A DNA stretch of 20,000 bases from an uncultured virus (IMG/VR IMGVR_UViG_3300010885_055091) (IMGVR_UViG_3300010885_055091:106944-126943), one strand, 5' to 3'; positions 1 through 8,641 are shown, counted from the stretch's first letter. The notes: generated from the sequence alone by a model not told the origin. Translations and numbers: made by a program.

Positions 1-43
1 CACTCGGTCAAGTCTCCAGTTAAAGTATCAGAAATTACAGTCA

Positions 44-871
44 CTACCCAGTTACTAGTATCTCTTTCATGGATTTCCTTGAATCTGGGGAACCACCTAT
101 ACTACGGTTCCCCATTAACATTGTAACTTTACAATCCGAGTATAATGAAATACTTTCCTCGGAAGCGGAGTTGGATAACAAACACTTTATCCCCCTAGAA
201 TTTAAATCCGTAAATAAATCCTTTAATTCAGCGTGATCTTTTTGATGAAACCCTCCACTAGTATAATTTGTGAACTTTGCGCTTTTGCTAATAGGAAGAT
301 ATGGAGGATCAAAATAAATCACGTCTCCCATCCTTGAGGATACGACCGCTTGTTTAAAATCAGTGGTGGTAAGCTTAGCCTTTTCCAGAGATTTTGATAC
401 TTTTTTTAGGTTATCGCTAGATACTATCAGAGGGTCTACATACTTTCCATAAGGGACATTAAACTTTCCCGATTTGTTTACTCTATACAAGCCATTAAAA
501 CATGTTTTATTCAGGAATATAAACCTTGCTGCTACCTCAATATCATTTAGGGAATCCCTAGATAAAGATCTTATATCATAAAAAGATCTTTCTTCATTTT
601 TATATAGAGGCTTTAAGATTTCTTGCAGCAACAAATCTAGATTATACTTTATTACTTCATATGTCACGATCAATTCTTCATTACTGTCGTTTAGGTATGC
701 TTCTTTTATTAAATTGCGACTACTTAGATAAAAGAATACTGCTCCGCCACCCAAAAAAGGCTCGTAATAATTAAATGGGGTTATCGGAAAGAGGTCAGTC
801 AGATGGGGAATCATCCTAGATTTACCGCCTGCCCATTTTAGAAATGGTTTTACAGTCTCACTTTTTGACAT
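44..871 (-). CDS. dam: DNA adenine methyltransferase (Dam/D12-class N6-adenine MTase)
   Basis: 275 aa. N-terminal KPFLKWAGGK, EPFLGGGAV (SAM-binding motif I), FIFLNKTCFNGLYRVNKSGKFNVPYG and the catalytic DPPY motif. Confidence 0.95.
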   Translation of the reverse strand: MSKSETVKPFLKWAGGKSRMIPHLTDLFPITPFNYYEPFLGGGAVFFYLSSRNLIKEAYLNDSNEELIVTYEVIKYNLDLLLQEILKPLYKNEERSFYDIRSLSRDSLNDIEVAARFIFLNKTCFNGLYRVNKSGKFNVPYGKYVDPLIVSSDNLKKVSKSLEKAKLTTTDFKQAVVSSRMGDVIYFDPPYLPISKSAKFTNYTSGGFHQKDHAELKDLFTDLNSRGIKCLLSNSASEESISLYSDCKVTMLMGNRSIGGSPDSRKSMKEILVTG

Positions 872-1358
872 TTTTCCTTTGTTCTTTTGTAACAGTTTTG
901 TGGCATTTTATACATAGAGTTCGCAAATTGTCCAGGCCAGATTGCCCACCACCATCAAATACAGGAATTCTATGATCTGCGTGCCATAGAGATTTTTTAG
1001 ATTCCTTCATTGTAATCCTAAGTAACTGTAAAATATTTACAAAAAAGACGTTGGTCAGATATTGATCACCATCTTCTTTTTTTGCTTTTCTAGAAATATT
1101 TTCTAGTTCTATTTTCTGATATCTTGTATCAGTGAGGCACAACTCACATATTCCTAAATCCCTTTCATATAACGTCTCTCTCATATATTTATTATTCGAT
1201 CTTATTCTCCATTCGTGAACACATGGGTCTGAACAAAAGGTCCTCTTGGGTGGATAAACCTCTTTTTTACAGTATCGACAAAATCTATTTCCCGACGAGC
1301 TGCGTAACCCCTTTGATTCTTTTTCATTTTCTTTTATTTCTAGACGTCTTTTTTTCAT
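858..1358 (-). CDS. HNH endonuclease with N-terminal Zn-binding cysteines
   Basis: CRYC...FCSDPC, RDLGICELC, WHADHRIPVFDGGG...NLRTLCIKCH. Start placed at ATG 1358, which overlaps the upstream gene's TGA as ATGA; the ORF track start at 1385 is probably too long. Confidence 0.85.
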   Translation of the reverse strand: MKKRRLEIKENEKESKGLRSSSGNRFCRYCKKEVYPPKRTFCSDPCVHEWRIRSNNKYMRETLYERDLGICELCLTDTRYQKIELENISRKAKKEDGDQYLTNVFFVNILQLLRITMKESKKSLWHADHRIPVFDGGGQSGLDNLRTLCIKCHKTVTKEQRKNVKK

Positions 1359-1948
1359 ATGTTTGCATTTACGTAAGGCTTCCAAGATTCATATATCATT
1401 TCGCATAAAATATCATGGTTCACAATATCGTTCCATGAAGGCCTGACGGGTCTCTTTCTTAGAATCATGCCAGCCTGTTCAGGGGTTCTATTTCCCTTTT
1501 TTGCGTTACATGAATAACAGCAAGTTACTATATTGTCCCATGTAGTTTTACCACCACGACTGCGTGGAATGACATGGTCATAATTTAGTTCGTTCTCAGA
1601 TTTCTTTTTTTCGCAATATTGACATACATATAGATCTCTTTTATATACGTGAGGCCTAGTGAATGAAACATCGGCTTTTCTGAAAATGTCCTTACGACTC
1701 ATACAAACAACTGCAGGATTATATATTTTCAGATCACCTTTACCGTCATTCACATTTCGACCGAAAGCCCTAACCACATGAATGAATTCTTTAAACCTAT
1801 CACACTTAATTATACCCCATAAATCTTCATTATATTCTAAGACATTGGATATTTTATTACTAAATATCATACATATCGCTTTTTGGGAATCTACTATACT
1901 CTGCGGTAGATATGATCTAGTGAGTACAAGGGTGTTGGTTGCCGACAT
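1355..1948 (-). CDS. HNH endonuclease (McrA-like HNH domain)
   Basis: RDLYVCQYC...NYDHVIPRSRGGKTTWDNIVTCCYSCNAKKGNRTPEQAGM is a classic HNH signature. Confidence 0.92.
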   Translation of the reverse strand: MSATNTLVLTRSYLPQSIVDSQKAICMIFSNKISNVLEYNEDLWGIIKCDRFKEFIHVVRAFGRNVNDGKGDLKIYNPAVVCMSRKDIFRKADVSFTRPHVYKRDLYVCQYCEKKKSENELNYDHVIPRSRGGKTTWDNIVTCCYSCNAKKGNRTPEQAGMILRKRPVRPSWNDIVNHDILCEMIYESWKPYVNANI

Positions 1949-1971
1949 GAGATAACAACTATACAGTGATC

Positions 1972-2010
1972 GGGCTTAGAATCCATAAATCTTTTTGTTC
2001 CTTCTGAGCC
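1972..2010. promoter_or_regulatory. Imperfect inverted repeat in the divergent intergenic region
   Basis: gggcttaga (1972-1980) and tctgagccc (2002-2010) pair with one G-U; lies between the divergent 1948(-) and 2061(+) genes. Confidence 0.3.
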
Positions 2011-2060
2011 CAGAATTTTTATTGCTTGTCTATTATAGAAAAATCAGAAGATAAAATCAA

Positions 2061-2351
2061 ATGACATCATCACAAAATCTCTCTAAGGAAGTCATAACCA
2101 TAAATGAAAAAGTAGTAAATATTTTAAATTTCACAAATAAAGAAATTAAAGAATTTCATGAAGAAGTAGCAAACATGAATTCTGATTCCACAAATGAAAT
2201 AAGAAAATGTTGGTCAAACAACTTTTATTCCTGCGAAGACTACTTGAAAGACTTTAGTTACATATCAAATAACAAATATAAAATAGATAAAATGACGCTG
2301 GCTTCAAGTCTTTATACTTTGAGCATAATACTTTTAGTTATCTGGTTTTAA
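2061..2351 (+). CDS. Hypothetical protein with C-terminal transmembrane helix
   Basis: 96-aa ORF ending in hydrophobic LASSLYTLSIILLVIWF. Confidence 0.6.
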   Translation: MTSSQNLSKEVITINEKVVNILNFTNKEIKEFHEEVANMNSDSTNEIRKCWSNNFYSCEDYLKDFSYISNNKYKIDKMTLASSLYTLSIILLVIWF

Positions 2352-2395
2352 TATATCAGCAGTTTTAATTTTTAGTAAGCTCTCTGCATGAGAGT

Positions 2396-3415
2396 ATGGA
2401 ATCCACTACAAAAAAATATCTAGTATTTATTAGTGTTATTTTACTACTCATTGGAGTCATAGTATTCCTACAGAATAAAATAAATAAATTAAAATATACC
2501 ATAGTAGATCAAAAGTCTCAAAAGACTCTGGATGATGGTGTAGTCAAGAGTGGAAACACCAAGGTAGAGCCAGGGGCTATTGTTGATGCCGGTAAGAATG
2601 CAGGAATCCCTATAGATGGAATTAAAACAGATGCTGATGCAAATGGTGAAAAAGTAACAGGAATAAACACCACGAATTCAAATAGTAGTGGAGACAAAAA
2701 AGTAAATTTATCATCATCTAGGACGGAACCTAGAAAAGACATTCATCCCACCATTATCGAAGAACCGCCACACTCCGCGCCTATCGACTGCAGTAAGCTT
2801 GTGAAGTGTCCAGATAATCCTGACAAATACGGATACTTTATTAATAAACAAATACTTAACATTCATGAACCATTTAATAATTTAAATTTACCTTTTGGTG
2901 ATATGGGATTTAGTGCGTGGCAAGAAAAACCGTGGTCCTATACTATTTTTCCTCGAAATTATGAATCTACTATAGTGATAACTGAGAATGAATATGGTAA
3001 AAAATCAGCTTATGCTAGGTTCAGCGTCAAAGTAAATGAAAAATCATACGATATTCCAATTAGCAAGTCACAGCTAATATACTCTGATTTACCATCTACT
3101 TGGAATTTGAATCCTAGAATAATGGCTGGCATGTCTGTTGGAGTTGGGATTCCTCTATCATTTGTGTGGGGTCCTTCTCTTGGAGTCACAATAGGCAGCT
3201 ATGGAAGATATATAAGTTCACCCGATTGGTTTTTTGGAATTATATCCGTAGGATATGAAATTAATCAAAGGAACATATTCTTATCTGTAGATCCTGTTTT
3301 ATATAAAATAAGCAATCACATTCCTTTTACAAATAACCTTTATATCGGCCCCACTTTGGGAATCGATATGAGCGGGAATTTTATCGGATCAGCATCTCTA
3401 AAACTTGCCTTTTGA
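2396..3415 (+). CDS. Membrane-anchored hypothetical protein with C-terminal amphipathic beta-strands
   Basis: N-terminal KK plus hydrophobic helix (YLVFISVILLLIGVIVFL). C-terminal ~100 aa are Gly/aromatic-rich alternating strands ending GSASLKLAF. Confidence 0.75.
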   Translation: MESTTKKYLVFISVILLLIGVIVFLQNKINKLKYTIVDQKSQKTLDDGVVKSGNTKVEPGAIVDAGKNAGIPIDGIKTDADANGEKVTGINTTNSNSSGDKKVNLSSSRTEPRKDIHPTIIEEPPHSAPIDCSKLVKCPDNPDKYGYFINKQILNIHEPFNNLNLPFGDMGFSAWQEKPWSYTIFPRNYESTIVITENEYGKKSAYARFSVKVNEKSYDIPISKSQLIYSDLPSTWNLNPRIMAGMSVGVGIPLSFVWGPSLGVTIGSYGRYISSPDWFFGIISVGYEINQRNIFLSVDPVLYKISNHIPFTNNLYIGPTLGIDMSGNFIGSASLKLAF

Positions 3416-3631
3416 GTGACCCCTAAACACAATCAATCCATGAGATAAGTCGTATGGAGATAAAGCCACTCTTACCGGGTCTCCCACAATTACCCGTATA
3501 CGATTTTGCCTCATTTTACCATTTAATCGGCCTACAACAGGAGGCCCTCCATTTTTTAAATCAATTCTAAATATTCCGCCATTAGAATCCAATACTACAC
3601 CATCAAACTCAATGTGATCTTCTCTAGGCAT
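3398..3631 (-). CDS. infA: Translation initiation factor IF-1
   Basis: MPREDHIEFDGVV...FRIDL...GKMRQNRIRVIVGDPVRVALSPYDLSHGLIVFR matches the IF-1 consensus (S1/OB fold). Confidence 0.93.
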   Translation of the reverse strand: MPREDHIEFDGVVLDSNGGIFRIDLKNGGPPVVGRLNGKMRQNRIRVIVGDPVRVALSPYDLSHGLIVFRGHSKGKF

Positions 3632-3698
3632 ACTCTGTAGGGTACATTACCAAATTGTTTGGCTGTTAGATAGGTGTTTAATCAGGATTGAAACTAAA

Positions 3699-4490
3699 AT
3701 GACAACTACTGTAGGAGTAGAAAAATTAATTTCTGGATCCCCAGAAATTATTCTGGCATCTGTTATAATCAGTTCAGATGCTGTATTAGTGGACCCCCTC
3801 GGCGTTTTTAATTCTAATCAGACGCAAACCCAGATAGAATCTACACTTGGTATCTCTCTTAGAGACTATAATCTTATCCAGCTCTCTTTGTATCCCATAA
3901 TATCCCCAAATGGAATATATACCTATAACTATTCCACCAGGTACACCCAAATTGGGGTACTGAATCAAAATCTCTTACAATTTCAGGGTATACCTGGAAT
4001 ACCGGGCCAGATAGGTCCTCATGGTCCTTTTGGACCCGTGGGGCCAACTGGTCCTCTAGGAATAGGAGAGGGTGGGCCAACTGGTTCTACTGGCCCAGCA
4101 GGTTCTGGAATAATTCAAGAAATATCTTTTACTTTGAGCGGAGAGTACTCTACTATTGTTACTCCCGGAACCTTTGATCCCCCATACTTGGTAGTAAACC
4201 CGTTTACAATATCCTCTGTGGATGCAATAAGAAGAACCAGCGGTAGTGCTGGTGTTACTTCCATAGATGTGGTCAAGAAGATGAATGCTGGTGATCCAGG
4301 AGTCAGCATTTTACCATCTCCTTTGACTATTTCTAGCGGGATGGATTATGATGTTTCTTCTACTTCAGTCTTTTTAGATTCTAACTTCACGGTTGGCAAT
4401 ATAATAGAAGTAAAAATATTGTCCGTTGAATCTTATTTAGCAGGTCCCCCTGAGGGTCCTGAAGGAATAAGAATTGTCATTCGCACTTGA
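3699..4490 (+). CDS. Collagen-like (Gly-X-Y) repeat protein, probably virion-associated
   Basis: GIP GIP GQI GPH GPF GPV GPT GPL...GPT GST GPA, followed by a beta-rich C-terminal domain. Confidence 0.75.
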   Translation: MTTTVGVEKLISGSPEIILASVIISSDAVLVDPLGVFNSNQTQTQIESTLGISLRDYNLIQLSLYPIISPNGIYTYNYSTRYTQIGVLNQNLLQFQGIPGIPGQIGPHGPFGPVGPTGPLGIGEGGPTGSTGPAGSGIIQEISFTLSGEYSTIVTPGTFDPPYLVVNPFTISSVDAIRRTSGSAGVTSIDVVKKMNAGDPGVSILPSPLTISSGMDYDVSSTSVFLDSNFTVGNIIEVKILSVESYLAGPPEGPEGIRIVIRT

Positions 4491-4498
4491 GGTAAAAA

Positions 4499-6496
4499 AT
4501 GGCCACTGTTCTAACTCCCCCAATTCGCACGATTCTTCCCAAAACGACTCTGACATTCAATCGTGCAAATAAAAATGTCTGGATGGGTCGTTGTTATCAT
4601 ACCTCAAGTTTAATTTCGGGAAACCGAATTCTTGTAACAGGGGGAGTTGACTGCGAATTATCTAAATCTTGTGAAATATATGATATAAATACTAATACAT
4701 GGACAAAAAGCTTTAATTTAATAAGGAATCGGGAAGCTCATTGCGCAGTAGTACTAAATAGCGGAAAGGTTTTAGTAGCTGGTGGCGGATTTAGAATGCA
4801 GGACACCCTTGATTGGTATTCATATACTAACACGGGGGAATACTTCAATGGTCTGGGGTGGTATTCAGCTGCAAATTTCATTTCCGTTACAAAGTCCGGT
4901 CTTTCTGGCGTTTTATTAAATGACGGGCGAGCGTTCTTATCTGGCGGCATATTTGGAACTATTGCTGAGACCAGTTGCGATACTTACGATGAATCTACGA
5001 ATTCATTCTCACCGGCTGCATCATTAAACGTAGCCAGAGCTTTTCATACCTCCCATACACTGAGCAATGGGTTGGTGATTGCTATAGCGGGTTCGGGAGA
5101 CGTAGGAAATTATGTTGATAGTATTGAAATATATGACCCAAATTTGGATACTTGGTCCGTTTTTGGTACTACCCTAACTAATGGTGTAATCTTCCATGCC
5201 AGCGTTTTAATTGACGATGGCATTATCTTGATTTCTGGAGGTTCAAACGGAGCCCCCTTAAATGACTGTTACATATATGATTATTTCTTAGCTACTTTAA
5301 CCCCTGTCTCTTCTATGAATCAACCAAGAGCTGGACACACTTCAACTCTCATTACTAATGGGATTAATGCAGGAAAAGTATTAGTTACAGGCGGGTTTGA
5401 TTCAACTGATATTTTAAAAAGCGCGGAATTATACGATCCTCTTACAAATACATGGACACTAGTTGGAACCATGTATGAAGAAGCATGGGGTCACAGTTCT
5501 TTCGATTTAGGTAATGGAGATATTTTAAACTTCGCAGGACAAGTATCCTGGAATAATTACCTACCTCAGTTAACCACAAATAGCACCCAGAAATGTGACA
5601 CTGACGTAACCATTCCGAACATTTATCCTAGCTTCTCCTTAATCACTAGAATGACATCCAGGGATTATGCGTGTGCTTATAATAACGCAGCGGCAGAAGT
5701 CTCTGCCGTAATGGGCGGTGAAACCATTTATTTAACGGTCGGAAATACGCCCCTTACTATCACTTTGGGTGCCATGGATACTTCAGTAGCAGCCATATGT
5801 AGCACTATAAATAGCGCATCTCTTACAGCGGGAATTGATAATTTATATGCAATTCCCGTATTTAATACTACTCCAAATGTCTTTAAACTAATATCTGTAG
5901 ATAAAATATTTACTGGTAGTGGCATAATGTCGTATGCTGACTGGCAAAAGATCGGATTACCTCAGGGTTACTTAAGCGACCCTGCAGTTTCTTCAGTAGA
6001 AGAAATATCAGTTCCTTATATTAGTAATTATGTAGATAACTCTGACTCTGTAAGCAACATACAACCAATTTCCGATCATGCTAATAGAGTCACTCTCTAC
6101 ATTAAATTCAGGACAGAAGACAATTCATCTTCACACCCTAATCATGGATGGGTGGTTATAGCAGTGTTGTGGGATAATGGTGGTTCTGAAGAATATTTAT
6201 TCCTAAATGGACTAATCGAACCATTTACTGTTAACAATTTCAACGCTGGAAATCCCTTGGTCGGTATAGACTCTCAAACAGTTGGTCTTACTTCCATCCC
6301 GCCAAACATAAGCGGCTCAGCATATAATGGCGTTACTCAATCTATGATAAACCTTGAACCTCCTCCTGGAAGCACAGGTATTAGAATAGCTGTATTTACT
6401 GGTGACCCATCTATGATATTGAATAGTACCGGAGATTTTCAGTATCCCTACATAGCGCCAAAGTTGTCTTTGATGATATCTGATGGTACAAGATAA
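4499..6496 (+). CDS. Kelch-repeat (galactose-oxidase-type beta-propeller) protein
   Basis: About 6 repeats of R..HTS.L...G.VLVTGG....S.E.YDP.TNTW in the N-terminal ~370 aa. SD-like GAGGT sits just before the ATG. Confidence 0.9.
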   Translation: MATVLTPPIRTILPKTTLTFNRANKNVWMGRCYHTSSLISGNRILVTGGVDCELSKSCEIYDINTNTWTKSFNLIRNREAHCAVVLNSGKVLVAGGGFRMQDTLDWYSYTNTGEYFNGLGWYSAANFISVTKSGLSGVLLNDGRAFLSGGIFGTIAETSCDTYDESTNSFSPAASLNVARAFHTSHTLSNGLVIAIAGSGDVGNYVDSIEIYDPNLDTWSVFGTTLTNGVIFHASVLIDDGIILISGGSNGAPLNDCYIYDYFLATLTPVSSMNQPRAGHTSTLITNGINAGKVLVTGGFDSTDILKSAELYDPLTNTWTLVGTMYEEAWGHSSFDLGNGDILNFAGQVSWNNYLPQLTTNSTQKCDTDVTIPNIYPSFSLITRMTSRDYACAYNNAAAEVSAVMGGETIYLTVGNTPLTITLGAMDTSVAAICSTINSASLTAGIDNLYAIPVFNTTPNVFKLISVDKIFTGSGIMSYADWQKIGLPQGYLSDPAVSSVEEISVPYISNYVDNSDSVSNIQPISDHANRVTLYIKFRTEDNSSSHPNHGWVVIAVLWDNGGSEEYLFLNGLIEPFTVNNFNAGNPLVGIDSQTVGLTSIPPNISGSAYNGVTQSMINLEPPPGSTGIRIAVFTGDPSMILNSTGDFQYPYIAPKLSLMISDGTR

Positions 6497-6519
6497 GGTC
6501 GTAGACGGGACTTGAACCC
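6497..6519 (-). pseudogene. tRNA-like 3' fragment (T-loop plus acceptor-side strand)
   Basis: The minus strand reads GGGTTCAAGTCCCGTCTACGACC, a T-psi-C loop consensus. No complementary 5' acceptor strand was found at tRNA distance. Confidence 0.35.
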
Positions 6520-6618
6520 TTAATCCTATAGAATGTTTCATTGAACATTTATGTCACAGACGAAAGGAGAACCCAAGGGAATCTAATTCAGCTCTCTTTA
6601 TCCTTAAAGCGATATTAG

Positions 6619-6702
6619 CATTTTTGGCATAAAACTATCATTACTTGGGGCCAATTTCAACATTTTTGGTATAAAACTATCATTACTTGGGGCAAATTTC
6701 AA
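6619..6702. repeat. 42-bp direct tandem duplication (2 copies, 40/42 identical)
   Basis: catttttggc/tataaaactatcattacttggggc(c/a)aatttcaa at 6619-6660 and 6661-6702. Confidence 0.95.
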
Positions 6703-6720
6703 CACGGGTTTTTATCTTTT

Positions 6721-8014
6721 ATGAAAAATATTTCGAAAAGAGCTGATGAATTGAAACATGAAAATCATATGATGGACGTGGAAAGAATATCAATGCGGAT
6801 TGCTTTTGGGAATTCGAACTTGATCGATTCTCGATTGCTTCGTATTGCGTTTCGCGTCATAGAAGCATCTAAGGTTGATGATTTAATACTCGCTAATCCA
6901 GGTTTAGAAGAGAGTATTAAAAAACTCTCCGATAATGATCCTTCTAAAAGTAATAAATATATCGAATGGAGCGTTAAACAACTCAAACAACTGAAACAAC
7001 TGAAACTAGAAGCCACAATGGGGGATTTAATTTCCACCATACAGGCGTTTCATAAAGTTCAAAATAGACTTGAGAAGAAAGACATTAACCAATACAAGAC
7101 CTTGAAAGAACTGGAAGATGCTATAAAGGATCTTCCAGAATCCAAAACCAAAGAAAAGATCCAGGTGAAATCGGGGGCCAAAAAACTTTGGGAGAATGAC
7201 ACGCACGTACTCTTCAGGATGCATACTCAAAATGCTTGCATCGCATATGGAAAAGGCACTAAATGGTGCATAACCATGAAGGATGACAATCCTTGGGATG
7301 AATATACTAATAATAATTCTATTTTTTATTTTTTGATCGACAAAAGACCATCCGAGTCTGAATATTCAAAGATCGCTTGGAACGTCCGAAGGAATATGGA
7401 TGATAATAGCGTTGAAGAAGTCGAGATCCATGACGCTCTTGATGATTTGATAACAAATTCTACGATTCAAGGAATACCGGAGTTCAGTAATATTAATCGC
7501 ATGATCATAGAGGACGCTCCAAAGGCTCCGGATGGGCCCAATGTCTCTAAGCGAAAGGAACTTTTAAAAAAAAATTCTCGCGGATCACGACGCAGGGGAG
7601 AAAGCCGCCCTGCACGGGGCGGACCTGCGCGGGGCGAACCTAACCAAGGCGGACCTGCGCGGGGCGGACATGGCCGGGGCAAACCTGAAAGGGGGAAACC
7701 TGAGCGGGGCGTACCTGACCAATGCGGATTTGAACGAGGCGGACCTGGGCGGGGCGAACATGACCATCGCGAAACTTAACGGGGCGAATTTGACCAGGGC
7801 GTACCTGTACAATGCGAACCTTAGCGGGGCGGACCTGACCGAGGCGGACCTGACCGAGGCGGACCTGACCGAGGCGGACCTGACCGAGGCGGACCTGACC
7901 GGGGCGGACCTGACCGGGGCGAATTTGACCAATGCGAGATTGATCGGAGCGATACTGGACGGGGCAAAAACTCAGGGAGCCAATTTCACCGGAGCCGATA
8001 TGGAACCTGAATGA
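6721..8014 (+). CDS. Frameshift-split gene: phage N-terminal domain (YG-x-GTKWC motif, tentatively PcfJ-like) plus C-terminal pentapeptide-repeat domain
   Basis: Frame 1 from 6721 reads ...KRKELLKK into an A9 run at 7566-7574. The +1 frame continues KKILADHDAGEKAALHGADLRGANLTKADL... to the stop at 8014. The ORF track shows it split as 6721..7779 and 7670..8014. Confidence 0.8.
7829..7918 (+). repeat. 15-nt tandem repeat encoding ADLTE/ADLTG pentapeptides
   Basis: gcggacctgaccgag x4, then gcggacctgaccggg x2. Confidence 0.95.
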
Positions 8015-8052
8015 CCCGTATATATTTTATCTTTTAATGTACCATTCATAAT

Positions 8053-8610
8053 ATGAACCCTGTAAACGCATCCCGTATGATGAAGAGAATGGCTGCCGCG
8101 TTAGCGGCATCCAAGTCCCCTAACAAATCCGCCGTAGCAAAAGATCTTATGGCATTATCTGATGCCATAAACGGTAATAAGAAAGCTGAAGTTTATTTGT
8201 TAAATAAATTGGCTTTCGATCAGGATCAGGATGAGCGCACGGAGCTGTCTGACGACGTTTTTATTGAATTCCAAAAGCATTATCTTGACTGGGCAGGACA
8301 ATTCGTATACTCACAGACTTTGAAAATGGACGGTGATCATGATCACTTCATTCCTAACTACATCACCAATGGCGGTGGCAATGAATCAATGCCTCCATTC
8401 AAAGGCATAATGGTACCGTTCAATATATCAATTGATAAAGACGGAAAAGTCGTAATTTCTTACGAGGACAAATATGTTCCACAAGGGATTAGTTATTCAT
8501 TCTTTCCTGCGAAAGCTAGAGGCAATTGGTCAAAACCAATTGGAGACTCATTTGAATATTTCACTGATAATTGCCCAGAAATGGCGAACTTCATACAAGA
8601 TAACATGTGA
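8053..8610 (+). CDS. Hypothetical protein
   Basis: 185-aa ORF with a basic, Ala-rich N-terminal helix; no family recognised. Confidence 0.75.
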   Translation: MNPVNASRMMKRMAAALAASKSPNKSAVAKDLMALSDAINGNKKAEVYLLNKLAFDQDQDERTELSDDVFIEFQKHYLDWAGQFVYSQTLKMDGDHDHFIPNYITNGGGNESMPPFKGIMVPFNISIDKDGKVVISYEDKYVPQGISYSFFPAKARGNWSKPIGDSFEYFTDNCPEMANFIQDNM

Positions 8611-8641
8611 GTTATCCTCGTAGGAGATGAGATGGCGAGAG

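Noticed and set aside
6619..6702. Mini-CRISPR or DGR template/variable repeat pair
   Set aside because: The copies are directly adjacent with no spacer, the mismatches are not adenine-specific, and no reverse transcriptase is in the window.
7575..7779. RG/RGG-rich C-terminus of ORF 6721..7779 as a genuine RNA-binding tail
   Set aside because: It is the out-of-frame reading of the pentapeptide-repeat codons after the A9 run.
7467..7932. Minus-strand ORFs with VRSAS and PPRAG repeats
   Set aside because: Antisense shadows of the pentapeptide repeat.
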